From an uncultured Verrucomicrobiota bacterium (GTDB lineage: Bacteria; Verrucomicrobiota; Kiritimatiellia; RZYC01): a stretch of 64,000 bases of DNA. Of this stretch, positions 19,096 to 30,550 are shown in pieces. Positions within the stretch are counted from its first letter, which is position 1; each line of letters begins with the position of its first letter. The stretch lies in assembly GCA_964542025.1 (NCBI GenBank), contig CAZISY010000005.1, forward strand, positions 4,786 to 68,785, in the 5' to 3' direction. The notes below the pieces were generated by a model. That model was given only the letters and a program-made list of their open reading frames with translations. It had not been told where the DNA came from and ran no database searches. Both the position numbers and the translations under genes were made by a program.

Positions 19096-20331
19096 ATGCA
19101 CGCAGCGGAGCTGATATCCACGGGAACTGAATTGCTGAACGGAAAGACCATCAATGCTCATGCCTGCACATTGGCCAGAGCATTGAAAATGATCGGCGTT
19201 CCCCTGATGCGCGATACGACGGTTCCTGATGATCCGGAAGCCATTCGATCCGCCGTGATGGATGCCGCAAGGCGCGTGGACCTGGTTTTTATCAGCGGGG
19301 GGCTTGGGCCGACGTGTGATGACCTGACCCGCGAAGTGATGCAATCCCTGCTCGGCGGCGAATTGATTTATGACAACGTTGCCCTGGAGCGGCTTCGGGT
19401 GTTTTGCGAACGGGAAGAGCATTCTTTTTCGGAGGAGCGGAAACGGCAGACCCTGGTACTTTCACAGGCAGAGGTTTTGGCCAACAGCGCGGGTGCCGCT
19501 CCGGGTGAAATGATATGGCGGGACGGTGTTTGCTACATTCTGCTTCCCGGTCCGCCTGCTGAGTTCGCGCACGTCCTCGAAACCCAGGTTCTGTCCAGAC
19601 TCAAGCATTATTGCTGTGGCAGCAATCATCCTGTTTACGAGCGGATATTTCAGGTGGACATGGGTGAGGCAGATATTGTGGAGGAGCTGGCGCGGGAGCA
19701 GTTCTCGTGGGCAGAGATCGACGTAGCCTACTGTCTTTCAGAACAGGGCGTTGAGCTGCGGCTGAGCGGCGCCGACGAGACTCAGATTGAGGCGGCCGCA
19801 AACGCCGTTCGCGAAGCCCTGGGAAAACACATTTTTACGGAAGGGCGAAAGACGCTGGAAGCAGTGATTGGGGAGATGCTCGTCGGGCGCAAAGCCACCC
19901 TCGCCACGGCGGAGTCCTGTACGGGCGGGTTACTGGGGGACTGCATCACCGGAGTGCCCGGCAGTTCAGCTTATTATTTGGGGGGGATTGTGGCCTATGA
20001 CAACAGCATCAAAACGGGGTTGCTGGGGGTTGAGCGCGATTTGCTGAAGCAGTATGGCGCCGTGAGCGCCGAGGTGGCCGGGCGTATGGCCGAAAAAGTG
20101 CGTGAACGGTTTTCGTCGACTTACGGAATCGGCATCACCGGTATTGCCGGACCGGATGGCGGCAGCGAGCAAAAGCCGGTTGGTCTGGTGTATGTGGCCG
20201 TTGCGTCCGCTGCGGAAGTGCGCATACAGCGCTATGTGTTCAATCGAGAGCGCCGCCGGGTGAAAATGAATGCCGCACACAAAGCACTGGACTTACTGCG
20301 AAGTATGCTGGATGCCGTTTCTGCCGGATAA
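19096..20331 (+). CDS. cinA: CinA-family protein (MoCF-like N-domain plus PncC NMN deamidase C-domain)
   Basis: ELISTGTELLNGKTINAHA is the CinA N-terminus. The C-terminal ATAESCTGGLLG motif is the PncC signature. Confidence 0.85.
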   Translation: MHAAELISTGTELLNGKTINAHACTLARALKMIGVPLMRDTTVPDDPEAIRSAVMDAARRVDLVFISGGLGPTCDDLTREVMQSLLGGELIYDNVALERLRVFCEREEHSFSEERKRQTLVLSQAEVLANSAGAAPGEMIWRDGVCYILLPGPPAEFAHVLETQVLSRLKHYCCGSNHPVYERIFQVDMGEADIVEELAREQFSWAEIDVAYCLSEQGVELRLSGADETQIEAAANAVREALGKHIFTEGRKTLEAVIGEMLVGRKATLATAESCTGGLLGDCITGVPGSSAYYLGGIVAYDNSIKTGLLGVERDLLKQYGAVSAEVAGRMAEKVRERFSSTYGIGITGIAGPDGGSEQKPVGLVYVAVASAAEVRIQRYVFNRERRRVKMNAAHKALDLLRSMLDAVSAG

Positions 20332-20494
20332 AGCAGGGGTGCGAATTGACAATTGCGGAATGCTGGGCTAAAAAGACGGGTCTTAATGGGTTTGCGCGGG
20401 AAGCGAATAAGTTCGCATGAGCGACACAGCCGTCTTTACAGGGGACCGTTCGAGAAGTTCGATACAATTTATCACTAAAAAAGGAGAATAACAC

Positions 20495-21535
20495 ATGGCA
20501 GCTAAAGCATCTTCCAAAGCAGAACAGAAAGAAAACGACAAAAATTTGCCGGAGGCCCTGAGCGCAGTTTTGGCGCAGATTCAGAAAGAATATGGCGATG
20601 GGGCCATCATGCGTTTGGGATCGGAAGAGGCGGATAAGAGCGTGGCATGCATTTCCACCGGTGCGTTGACGCTGGATTTGGCTCTGGGCATCGGCGGCGT
20701 TCCCCGTGGACGCGTGATTGAAATTTTTGGGCCGGAGTCATCGGGTAAAACCACTCTGGTGCTGCACATCATTGCCAATGCCCAGAAGACCGGCGGGATG
20801 TGCGCGTTTATTGATACGGAGCATGCCCTGGACCCGAAATACGCCAGGCAAATCGGCGTGAATCTGGATCAATTGCTGGTTTCACAGCCGGATTCCGGAG
20901 AAGAGGCGCTGAACATTGCGGAGCAACTGGTCAAAAGCAACGCACTGGAAGTCGTGGTGGTGGATTCCGTGGCCGCGCTGGCTCCCAAAGCCGAATTGGA
21001 AGGCGAAATGGGGGATTCCCATGTCGGTTTACAGGCGCGGCTCATGTCGCAGGCCCTTCGGAAATTGACGGCGAGCATTAATCGCTCGAAGACCTGCTGT
21101 ATTTTCACCAACCAAATCCGGGAAAAAATCGGGGTGATGTTCGGAAGTCCCGAAACGACGCCGGGCGGGCGTGCTCTGAAATTTTACGCATCGGTGCGCC
21201 TTGATGTGCGCCGTATTTCCACGATGAAGGATACGGCCGGACATGCCACCGGAAACCGTACCCGGGTGAAGGTGGTGAAGAATAAGGTTGCCGCGCCATT
21301 CCGCGAGGCAGAGTTTGACATTCTGTATGCGGAAGGCATTTCGTGGTATGGATCGATTATTGATGCGGCCATCGAACGTAACCTGGTGGAAAAGCGCGGC
21401 TCATGGCTTTCGCTGGACGGCAAACAGCTGGGGCAGGGGCGCGATTCGGTGCGCGACAATCTGAAGACCGATCCGGAAATGGCCAATCTCCTTCTTCAGC
21501 GCATCAAGGAAAAAGAAGCCGAAAGCAAGGCGTAA
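20495..21535 (+). CDS. recA: Recombinase RecA
   Basis: [22 protein letters not shown], Walker [10 protein letters not shown], and [10 protein letters not shown] are canonical RecA motifs. Confidence 0.95.
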   Translation: MAAKASSKAEQKENDKNLPEALSAVLAQIQKEYGDGAIMRLGSEEADKSVACISTGALTLDLALGIGGVPRGRVIEIFGPESSGKTTLVLHIIANAQKTGGMCAFIDTEHALDPKYARQIGVNLDQLLVSQPDSGEEALNIAEQLVKSNALEVVVVDSVAALAPKAELEGEMGDSHVGLQARLMSQALRKLTASINRSKTCCIFTNQIREKIGVMFGSPETTPGGRALKFYASVRLDVRRISTMKDTAGHATGNRTRVKVVKNKVAAPFREAEFDILYAEGISWYGSIIDAAIERNLVEKRGSWLSLDGKQLGQGRDSVRDNLKTDPEMANLLLQRIKEKEAESKA

Positions 21536-21551
21536 GTATTCGCCAGTATGC

Positions 21552-24368
21552 CTAGTGGGGGAGCAACTGATTTTGCCGGAGGTATTCGGATAAATCCTCA
21601 AAGGCGTCAATCAACTTGCTGAGCAGATTCATGACTTCGCCCGGGTTGGTGCGTCCCGAAAGGCAGAGTTCTTCCAGTTGCTTGGAACAGATCGCCACAG
21701 GCATCGCACGGAGATTGCCCGCTGCACCGGCGATTTTGTGGGCCTCTTTCATGACATAGTCCGCGTCGAGATCCTGACAGGCTTTTCGCATTTCAGGCAG
21801 CAGATGGCGGACATCGTTCATGAAATGCTGAAGGGCCTCCACCACCAGATCTTCCCGATTGGCAAATTCGTGGATAGCCAGTTTGTAGTCGATCGGCGGT
21901 AGATTTTCGATATGGTTCGCGGAAAGCGATGGATCTGCGGGCTGCCTGGCTTTTATTCTGGGTGCCGGCGAGATTTCATTAATGGTCAACCAGTGATCTA
22001 CCTGCTGCAGGAAAGAAGAGCGATGGATCGGCTTGATGATGATATCGTTCATGCCGGCTTCAATACATTGACTTCGCACATGATCCCCGGCGTGCGCACT
22101 CAGCGCTAAAATGGGTATTTTGGCATTTTGGGTGTGGCTGGATCGAATCATGCGGGTCGCTTCATAGCCATCCAGGACCGGCATGGAAATGTCCATCAGA
22201 ATCAGATCGAAATTCTCTACTTCGCAGATGTCCACGGCTTCGCGGCCATTATCGGCGATGCGGCAGGTGTACCCGGCGTTTTGCAGGTGGATGCGTACCA
22301 CGCTTTGGTTGGAGGGGTAATCATCCGCGATAAGAATATGCGCCTGCTTGTGGACGGGAAACTGGCTGAGGTTGACATGCACGGGTGCAAGCATGGCTAA
22401 TTTTTCAGGGGGCATTTCTTTGGAGACCGGAAGCCGGATTTCAAACCAAAACGTGGACCCGGCGCCGACGGTGCTGTCCACTTGAAGGCGTCCACCCATC
22501 AATTGCACCAGTCCGTAAGCGATGGCGGTTCCAAGGCCGGTTCCCCCGTATTTGCGGGCGGTGCTTCGATCAGCCTGGCTGAATTGTTTGAATATTTCCT
22601 GAAGCCGGTCCGTCGGAATTCCTACGCCGGTATCGGTCACTGAAAAACGAAACAGCGCCGGTGCGCTTTCGCCCGGGATAACCTGCACCTGAAGTTTCAC
22701 CCCGCCGGCCTCGGTGAATTTGACGGCATTGGTCAGCAGATTCAGAAGGATCTGGCGTATGCGCAACGGATCGCCCACGACGTATTGCGGCGCATCGCGG
22801 TATAAAAATTCGAGATTCAGATTTTTTTGGATTGCATGCTGGCGGAGGGACTTCATGAGCGAAAGCAGCAACTGGTGCAAATCAAAGGCTTTCGTTTCCA
22901 ACTCGATTTTTCCCGATTCGATACGGGCGTGATCCAGCAGTTGGTTGATGATGGAGAGCAGATGTTCGGTTTCATTCAGAATGGTTTGGCTTTGCTGGTG
23001 GATGAAGTCGATGGATTTGGAATACATGATGATTTCGGCAAATCCGATGATGGCATTCAGCGGGGTGCGTACTTCATGAGAGATGTGAGCGAGAAACTGC
23101 GACTTGTATTCATTGGCCCGCTTGAGTTCGCCGGCACGCTGCTCAAGCCATGCCCGCGCATTTTCAAGCTTTTGCGTACGCTCCACCACCAGATGTTCCA
23201 AATGCTCCCGGTGCCTCGCCAGCTCACGCTCCACTTTCTTCCGTTTGATGCTGTTTCGAAGCAGAAAGAAGACGAGGGCTACCAGAAGCAGCGAGATTAA
23301 AAAATTAATGAAAAAGAAGGCTGGATTCTGTGACGCATAATTTGTCACGGGCTTGTTGATGATGCTGCTGCGCGGCGGCAGGTGGGCGGCGCTCAGGTTG
23401 AAGGCATCAAGTTCTCTGGCGTTAAAAACAAGACGAAACGGTCCCGGTGCGGCCTGTGGCAGCATATCAAGAGGCGTTCCGCTCAGAAGGTGTACCGCCA
23501 GTTTGGCGGCTTCCTCGCCCTGGGCCTGCGGAAGATTCATCGCCCCGCCGATGCCGCCCCCTTCGAACGTGGTTTCACTGGTATTGAAAAGCGGGGCGAT
23601 GGAGTACTCGCGAATCTTTCTTGCAGTTTCAGCGGGATCGTAAAATGCGCCGTTGGCGTCCACTAAATAGACATCCAGCAGAATGGCCGTTTGATCATCC
23701 AGATGCGAGACATCTTCCAGCAACTCGGCCAGCGGGATGTTTTCGTTGTATTGAAACTGGAGTCGGGGAGTGTATTCGGATTCAAGGGATTTTAACACCC
23801 GGTCACTTGCGCGTCCGGTTTCGGTGTAGTCGTTTATTACATAAAGTCTCTTGATCCAGGGGCACAGGCTTATAACGGCCTCAATCGTTTCTTTCGCCCA
23901 GGTGGTCTCAATGATACCGACGATATTCGACGAGCCCTGAAGCAGGTCGGGCGTGTATCCATTCAAACCGCAAAAAACCATGGACGCCTGAGGCGCGAAG
24001 GTCGCGCGGTATGTGAGCGCAAAGTCGAAAGCGGCATTGTCACAGGTAATTAATACCCGGATTGGAAGTTGAGCATACTTTCGAGCCAGAAATCGGCTCA
24101 GTTCATCCAGGAGCGCCGGTTCGGGGTGGCGTTTGTTGTCCAGGTATTCAACGTAAACCGGCAGGCGGCTGTCGTATTCGGCGAAAACCCGCTGAATGGC
24201 TTCGCATTCGCGATCTGACCAGGAATAGCCGGGATGGTAGGAGTTAAGGACCAGAACAGACCGGTCAGTATTTGTTGCGGTAATGGCACGGCACGGGAGC
24301 AGCGTCATATGGAGCAGAAACAGCAAAACAAAAAGAAAACGACACCGATAGACTGAGAATAAGTTCAT
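21552..24368 (-). CDS. Hybrid sensor histidine kinase/response regulator with a periplasmic ABC-substrate-binding-like sensor domain, HisKA, HATPase, receiver and HPt domains
   Basis: Signal/TM segment, then a PBP-like domain and TM. H-box (ISHEVRTPLNAI), G-boxes (DTGVGIP, GGTGLGTAI), receiver (ILIADD...LILMDISMP) and a C-terminal Hpt helix bundle. Confidence 0.85.
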   Translation of the reverse strand: MNLFSVYRCRFLFVLLFLLHMTLLPCRAITATNTDRSVLVLNSYHPGYSWSDRECEAIQRVFAEYDSRLPVYVEYLDNKRHPEPALLDELSRFLARKYAQLPIRVLITCDNAAFDFALTYRATFAPQASMVFCGLNGYTPDLLQGSSNIVGIIETTWAKETIEAVISLCPWIKRLYVINDYTETGRASDRVLKSLESEYTPRLQFQYNENIPLAELLEDVSHLDDQTAILLDVYLVDANGAFYDPAETARKIREYSIAPLFNTSETTFEGGGIGGAMNLPQAQGEEAAKLAVHLLSGTPLDMLPQAAPGPFRLVFNARELDAFNLSAAHLPPRSSIINKPVTNYASQNPAFFFINFLISLLLVALVFFLLRNSIKRKKVERELARHREHLEHLVVERTQKLENARAWLEQRAGELKRANEYKSQFLAHISHEVRTPLNAIIGFAEIIMYSKSIDFIHQQSQTILNETEHLLSIINQLLDHARIESGKIELETKAFDLHQLLLSLMKSLRQHAIQKNLNLEFLYRDAPQYVVGDPLRIRQILLNLLTNAVKFTEAGGVKLQVQVIPGESAPALFRFSVTDTGVGIPTDRLQEIFKQFSQADRSTARKYGGTGLGTAIAYGLVQLMGGRLQVDSTVGAGSTFWFEIRLPVSKEMPPEKLAMLAPVHVNLSQFPVHKQAHILIADDYPSNQSVVRIHLQNAGYTCRIADNGREAVDICEVENFDLILMDISMPVLDGYEATRMIRSSHTQNAKIPILALSAHAGDHVRSQCIEAGMNDIIIKPIHRSSFLQQVDHWLTINEISPAPRIKARQPADPSLSANHIENLPPIDYKLAIHEFANREDLVVEALQHFMNDVRHLLPEMRKACQDLDADYVMKEAHKIAGAAGNLRAMPVAICSKQLEELCLSGRTNPGEVMNLLSKLIDAFEDLSEYLRQNQLLPH

Positions 24369-24623
24369 GCACAACCTTGGACCAGGGGTGTTTGAGAAGC
24401 GCCTGTCGCGGCCCTGATCATGAGGCGGATACTAGCCCGGATAAGAATAAACGGCAACAGCAAAACCTGTTTGCAAAAGGACGAAATGTGCGTGCGCAGC
24501 GAAGGACGGCGTGCTTACGGAGAAAAAACAAAATCTGTTTAGAATATTTTCGGGTTTCTTACGTCTATATAGATGTGCGCGGCGAAAGAGTTCTTCCCGC
24601 GCCAATCATTAAGGGAGGATGTC

Positions 24624-25085
24624 ATGAAGAGGAGATGCGTGGTAGGGGTTGTGTTGCTGATTGCTGCGGGTCTGATCAGAAGCGGGAACGTGATGGCAGG
24701 CGGACATGGCGGGCCGGGCGGATCGAGGCACCGGGGGCCATCGCACGAGCGATGCGGCTGCGGACCTCAGAACGATCTCTGGTGTACTGCGGGTGGTTTT
24801 GTTACGGGCGTATTGCTGGGCCAGGCCTTGAGCCCTCAGACAGAGACCACTTATGTGACCACAAGGGAGGTGATCTATACGCCTGCGCCGCAAGTCGTCA
24901 TTCAGAATCCGCCCGTACGCACCGTGTATTATGCGCCTCAACCGGTGGTTCAGACGGTAGTGGTACCGGCCGGACAGCCGGCTCCAATCTATTACCAGAC
25001 CAGTGTGCCGATGATGACGACCTATGTTCAGCAGTGGAATGGGTACAGCTGGGAGACCGTGGCCATTCAGCAACCCTGCCGATAA
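24624..25085 (+). CDS. Small secreted Pro/Gln/Val-rich repeat protein (signal peptide)
   Basis: SD AAGGGAGG. An N-terminal signal peptide, then degenerate repeats (YTPAPQVVIQNPPV, YYAPQPVVQTVVVPAGQPAPIYYQTSVP). It is divergent from the hybrid kinase. Confidence 0.45.
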   Translation: MKRRCVVGVVLLIAAGLIRSGNVMAGGHGGPGGSRHRGPSHERCGCGPQNDLWCTAGGFVTGVLLGQALSPQTETTYVTTREVIYTPAPQVVIQNPPVRTVYYAPQPVVQTVVVPAGQPAPIYYQTSVPMMTTYVQQWNGYSWETVAIQQPCR

Positions 25086-25112
25086 CGGTGGCCTATTTTC
25101 GGACTGAATGCC

Positions 25113-25720
25113 TCACACATCAATTCCAGACTGGCATCGCAGAAGGAAGGAATCCCGCTCTTTTCGGCGCACAAAAGCCGTGAAAAAGCTGATCGACGAG
25201 GGCGTGAATCTTGTTTCCGGTGGCGGTGCAAAAGAACACCGGCAATCCCGAGTAGATCGAGCGAATCGGTACTGGCTTTTGTGTTCTCGCGATGCAGCTT
25301 GGCCCGGTGGGCATTGACCGAATAGACTGTGTAGCCATGTCCAATGGCCGCATGAAAACGTTATCCGCAAAGGTGCCGTACTCCTCCCCGCCCAAAATCA
25401 CATGGCATTTGGTAATAAAATGCGTCTTGCGGATACTCTCCAGCACCGTGAGCAGATGCGTCACCCCCTCCGGCGTATTGTCCACGGGAAAGAATTATTT
25501 CAGGATCATTCCCAAGCCATTGCAATAGAGTGCGACTTTTTTTTCTTTGGCGTAGTCCATCGGTACGCACAAGACCTTTTCGGGTTGACCCCGCATGCGC
25601 AAATAGACGAATCAATTCTGGACTCTGCGTGCTGAATATGTTCATAGATGTGCTCAAGGTACCGGAAGTTTTGGAAGGGCGTTTCCCAATCGTTGGAAAA
25701 AATGCAATGGAGCAGGGCAT
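25113..25720 (-). pseudogene. Degraded, frameshifted ORF fragments (three overlapping frames). Possibly the remnant of a gene.
   Basis: A 620 bp stretch without an intact ORF on either strand, in an otherwise compact region. The minus-strand fragments are contiguous in three frames, and there is an A8 homopolymer at about 25545-25552. Confidence 0.25.
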
Positions 25721-26459
25721 GAGTGAATCTTTTCCAGAGACTGCGGATATTGAAACCTCGTCGGAGGGGTATGCGTCACGTTTTTCCGGGCCGGTTGGGG
25801 CGTGGATGCTGAGTGTTCAGAGCCGGATCACACTGAATCTGCTGGCGGCCGCAGGCGCGCGTACGGTGCTGGATGTGGGAGGCGGGCATGCGCAGTTGGC
25901 AAAACCGCTGCTGGATGCGGGATATCAAGTGACGGTGCTGGGCAGCGCCTCATCATGCCGAAAGCGGATTGAACCAATGCTCTCGTCCGGGCGAATGGAG
26001 TTTGTGGTTGGCAATGTGATTGCGCTGCCGTTTCAGGATCGTTCTTTCGATGCCGTAATTTCTTTTCGTCTGCTTCCTCACTGTGAAAGCTGGGAGAAGC
26101 TGATTGCAGAAATGTGCAGGGTGGCCGGGCGGGTAATGGTGGCGGATTATCCCACGACGCAAAGCCTGAATGCCGTGGCGCCGTTGTTTTTCGGGGCGAA
26201 GAAAAGAATGGAAGGCAACACGCGCACCTGGCGGGCATTTTCGCATCAGGAAATAAAAGCAGCCGTTGAGGGGCAGGAGTATCGGGTGACGGCAAGGCAG
26301 GGGCAGTTTTTTTGGCCGATGGTCATTCACCGCATGATGAAGGCCCCCTGGGTTTCGCGGATGTTGGAAGGCGCGGCGGGCGCGGCGGGGGTGCGGAGCC
26401 GCTGGGGATCGCCGGTCATTTTCAGCGCCAAACGGGCGGCCAGTACGGCAGTGGCATAA
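25707..26459 (+). CDS. Class I SAM-dependent methyltransferase (Methyltransf_11-like)
   Basis: TVLDVGGGHAQLA (motif I), the acidic loop DAGYQVTVLGS and motif IV FDAVISFRLL. The start is uncertain; 25638 is an alternative. Confidence 0.7.
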   Translation: MEQGMSESFPETADIETSSEGYASRFSGPVGAWMLSVQSRITLNLLAAAGARTVLDVGGGHAQLAKPLLDAGYQVTVLGSASSCRKRIEPMLSSGRMEFVVGNVIALPFQDRSFDAVISFRLLPHCESWEKLIAEMCRVAGRVMVADYPTTQSLNAVAPLFFGAKKRMEGNTRTWRAFSHQEIKAAVEGQEYRVTARQGQFFWPMVIHRMMKAPWVSRMLEGAAGAAGVRSRWGSPVIFSAKRAASTAVA

Positions 26460-26590
26460 ATGCGGTCCTGCCGTGCTATTAATAGACGCTCAGGTCATCC
26501 GGGCATTCAAAGGCGACATTTCTTCTTCATTTGTCATTTTGCACAAATCGCCGGTTGCAATCGATTCGCGGCAGTGTTATGCATTTATGC

Positions 26591-26824
26591 ATGAGAACAA
26601 CGATAGATTTGGATGATGATTTGGCCATTCAGGCGAAGAAGGAAGCCATTGAGCGAAGGAGCTCGCTGCGGGCGCTGGTGGAGGAGGGATTGCATTTGGT
26701 GTTGGCCCATCCGACGGATCACGAGGCGGCGCCTCTGGATCTGCTTGCCGGGATGGATCGCAAGCTGTGGGAAGGGGTCAATGCGGAGCATTTCATTCGG
26801 GATGCGCGAAGAGGATGGAAATGA
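26591..26824 (+). CDS. vapB: VapB-type (RHH/Rv0623-like) antitoxin
   Basis: MRTTIDLDDDLAIQAKKEA... is a typical N-terminus of VapB-family antitoxins. Its stop overlaps the downstream PIN gene start (ATGA). Confidence 0.6.
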   Translation: MRTTIDLDDDLAIQAKKEAIERRSSLRALVEEGLHLVLAHPTDHEAAPLDLLAGMDRKLWEGVNAEHFIRDARRGWK

Positions 26825-27258
26825 ATAATAAAAAAGCATTTTGGGATACGGAAATTCTACTGTACTGGATTGAACAGGAAAACGCGCACCTTCCGCAAAT
26901 ACAGGCGCTGGTGAATTGGCAGAAAACGGAGGGAATTGAAACGGTGACGTCCGCCTATTCGCTGGCTGAAATTCTGGTACGGCCGATTTCAAAGGGAAAT
27001 GATGAGGCGGCACGCAAGTACAGCAATCTGGTGAAGAAGATGGGGTGCATTGAGTTTGGAGCGAATGAGGCACTGGCTTATGCGTGTATTCATGCCGATC
27101 ATCCGGAAATACGCCCGCCGGAGTGCATGCAGCTGGCCTGCGCAGTGGCCCATGGCGTGGATTATTTCTTTACCAATGACCGGAAATTGAGCCGCATCAA
27201 TATTGATGGTATTGGCGAAATCATCTATCTCAAAAGCTGGTATGAGGCCAGACATTGA
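26821..27258 (+). CDS. vapC: PIN-domain toxin VapC
   Basis: Conserved PIN acidic residues are placed correctly (FWDTEILL near the N-terminus, E in AYSLAEIL, and the distal FFTNDRKL). It is 145 aa and coupled to the antitoxin. Confidence 0.7.
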   Translation: MNNKKAFWDTEILLYWIEQENAHLPQIQALVNWQKTEGIETVTSAYSLAEILVRPISKGNDEAARKYSNLVKKMGCIEFGANEALAYACIHADHPEIRPPECMQLACAVAHGVDYFFTNDRKLSRINIDGIGEIIYLKSWYEARH

Positions 27259-27326
27259 GGTAGACAGACGGTCCACTTTATTGTTTGCCTATACTTCACC
27301 ACGACGAACCACAAGGAGTCCTGTTA

Positions 27327-28234
27327 TGACGGAGAATCAACCTTTTATATTTATCAAACCGCACGCTTTCGGCAATCAGTCCGCGCTGGAATTCATTTGG
27401 AGGCTGTTTGAAGAAAAGGGCATACGAGCCATAAAGAAAGGCACCATCACCGGCGCGGAAATCCGGCGCGGAGGATTGGTGGATCGGCATTATTCGGTGA
27501 ATGCCCGGGTGGGGACCACGCGGCATCCGGAAACGCTGGATATCGGCGAAGCCGGACGCCAAAAGTTTGCAGCGTTTTCCGTGGAGGACTGGGATCAAGT
27601 CATTGCGCAGGGACGCCTCGTGAGCGGATTGGTCGTGCAGGAGCGTCTCGGCGGAAGCGCCGTAAAAGCCGATGAGGCGTGGAGCAGCGCAGAGAAGCGG
27701 ACCAAGGTGGCGGGCGGACATTATGTGGCTTATTCCAAAAAGCTGGATCTTTATATTCTGAATGGCTTCTATCCGGTGGTGCGCGAGCGGTATATGGCGG
27801 ATGAGGCTTCCATCCTGTATGGGATTTTCTGTTTTTCGGCGCCGGCCCTGACCTGGAAGCAATTCCGGCAGGAAGTGATTGGAGCGACCAATCCGGCGGA
27901 AGCGCATCCCGGTTCAGTGCGGGGCTATCTCTTTGCCCATGCGGCGGAGTTCGGGTTAACGGTGAACAACGGTGATAATGTGATTCATGCAAGCGCCTCG
28001 CCGTTTGAAGCGCTGATCGAAAAAAATCTTTGGCTCAAAGGGTTCGACTCGGGCACGGATCCGCTTTATGCGCTGCTGCACAAAAGTGGAATGGATATTG
28101 CGTTCATTCAAAAACAGTACGACAGCAATCCGGTGGTAACGTTGAAAAACGGAAGGACGGGTACGCTGCTGGATGTGCTGGAAGATAGTGACACCAATCG
28201 CGTCGCAGAAATACTGCTTGAATTGTTTCAATGA
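27327..28234 (+). CDS. Nucleoside-diphosphate-kinase-fold protein with a large (about 110 aa) internal insertion and a C-terminal extension
   Basis: PFIFIKPHAF...FEEKGIRA matches the NDK N-terminal beta-alpha-beta element. IGATNPAEAHPGSVRGYLF corresponds to the NDK GATNP...G(T/S)IRGD(F) motif, and NGDNVIHASAS to the NIIHGSDS catalytic-His motif. The SD is AAGGAG. Confidence 0.6.
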
Positions 28235-28253
28235 GATTACCACGGAGAATCTG

Positions 28254-29276
28254 ATGATTGTTATTTTAAAACCCCATCCCACTGATCAGGACGTGCAGCA
28301 TATTGAGGCGCGTATTCGCGAGTTGGGATACGAACCGCATACCATTCGCGGCGAGGTGCGCACCGTTGTGGCCGCCGTAGGCGATGAAACAACACACAAA
28401 TCGCTGGAGGCTTTGCTGAGTATTCCCGCCGTCGAGCGGGTCATGCCTGTACAGCAAAAATATAAATTGATCAGCAGGGAGGCGCATCCGGATAATGCTG
28501 AAGTGAATGTGGGCGGTGTAATGCTGGGCGGTAATACATTTCAGGTGATTGCCGGCCCGTGTGCCGTGGAGTCGCAAGAACAGGTTTCAGCAGTGGCTCG
28601 GCACGTGAAAGAGCAGGGGGCCACCCTGCTGCGCGGGGGCGCCTATAAGCCCCGTACGTCGCCGTATGATTTTCAGGGACTCGGAAAGCCGGCGCTTAAA
28701 ATGATGGGCCAGGCTTTCACGGAAACCGGCTTGCCCGTGGTGACCGAAGTGGTGCGGGAATCCGATGTTAAAATTGTGGCTGAATATGCCGACATGCTCC
28801 AGATTGGCGCACGCAACGCGCTGAATTATTCTCTGTTGGAAGCTGTGGCGGATACCGGAAAACCGGTTCTGCTTAAACGGGGTATGGCGTCCACTGTCAA
28901 CGAATGGCTGCTTGCGGCGGAATATATTGTGAAAAAAGGGAACCGAAATGTAGTGCTGTGCGAGCGTGGTATCCGCACGTTCGAAACAGCCACGCGCAAC
29001 ATGCTGGATATTGGCGCGGTAGCTATTGCGAAAAAGGAAACCTGCCTGCCGGTTGTGGTGGATCCCAGTCATGCGGCCGGGCGCGTGGATTTGGTGGAAC
29101 CTCTGGCTAAGGCGGCCATCGCGGCTGGTGCCGATGGTTTGATTGTTGAAGTTCACCCGTGCCCGGAAGAAGCTTTGAGCGATCAGGCACAGCAGTTTGA
29201 TTTTTCCGGATTCGCGGAGTTCATGCAGCATATCGCTCCATATGTCCGGCTGGCCGGAAAGAAATTTTCGCGATAG
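28254..29276 (+). CDS. 3-deoxy-7-phosphoheptulonate (DAHP) synthase, Thermotoga-type, with an N-terminal ferredoxin-like regulatory domain
   Basis: N-terminal ACT/FL-like domain (MIVILKPHPTDQDVQHIEARIRELGYEP), then a KDO8PS/DAHPS I-beta TIM barrel (FQVIAGPCAVES, LLRGGAYKPRTSPYDFQG, KRGMA). Confidence 0.85.
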   Translation: MIVILKPHPTDQDVQHIEARIRELGYEPHTIRGEVRTVVAAVGDETTHKSLEALLSIPAVERVMPVQQKYKLISREAHPDNAEVNVGGVMLGGNTFQVIAGPCAVESQEQVSAVARHVKEQGATLLRGGAYKPRTSPYDFQGLGKPALKMMGQAFTETGLPVVTEVVRESDVKIVAEYADMLQIGARNALNYSLLEAVADTGKPVLLKRGMASTVNEWLLAAEYIVKKGNRNVVLCERGIRTFETATRNMLDIGAVAIAKKETCLPVVVDPSHAAGRVDLVEPLAKAAIAAGADGLIVEVHPCPEEALSDQAQQFDFSGFAEFMQHIAPYVRLAGKKFSR

Positions 29277-29406
29277 CTGGGCAGGGGGAGGTCAAATTTT
29301 GGGATGTGCGGCGAGTTGGGCCGAATACAGGCCGATTTCCATGAAAAATGACACTTTTACATGGCTATTAAGCCGTAATTTTGTTGAAATTCCGGTCTTT
29401 GCATAA

Positions 29407-30540
<1,134 letters not shown>

Positions 30541-30550
30541 AGGAGCACGT

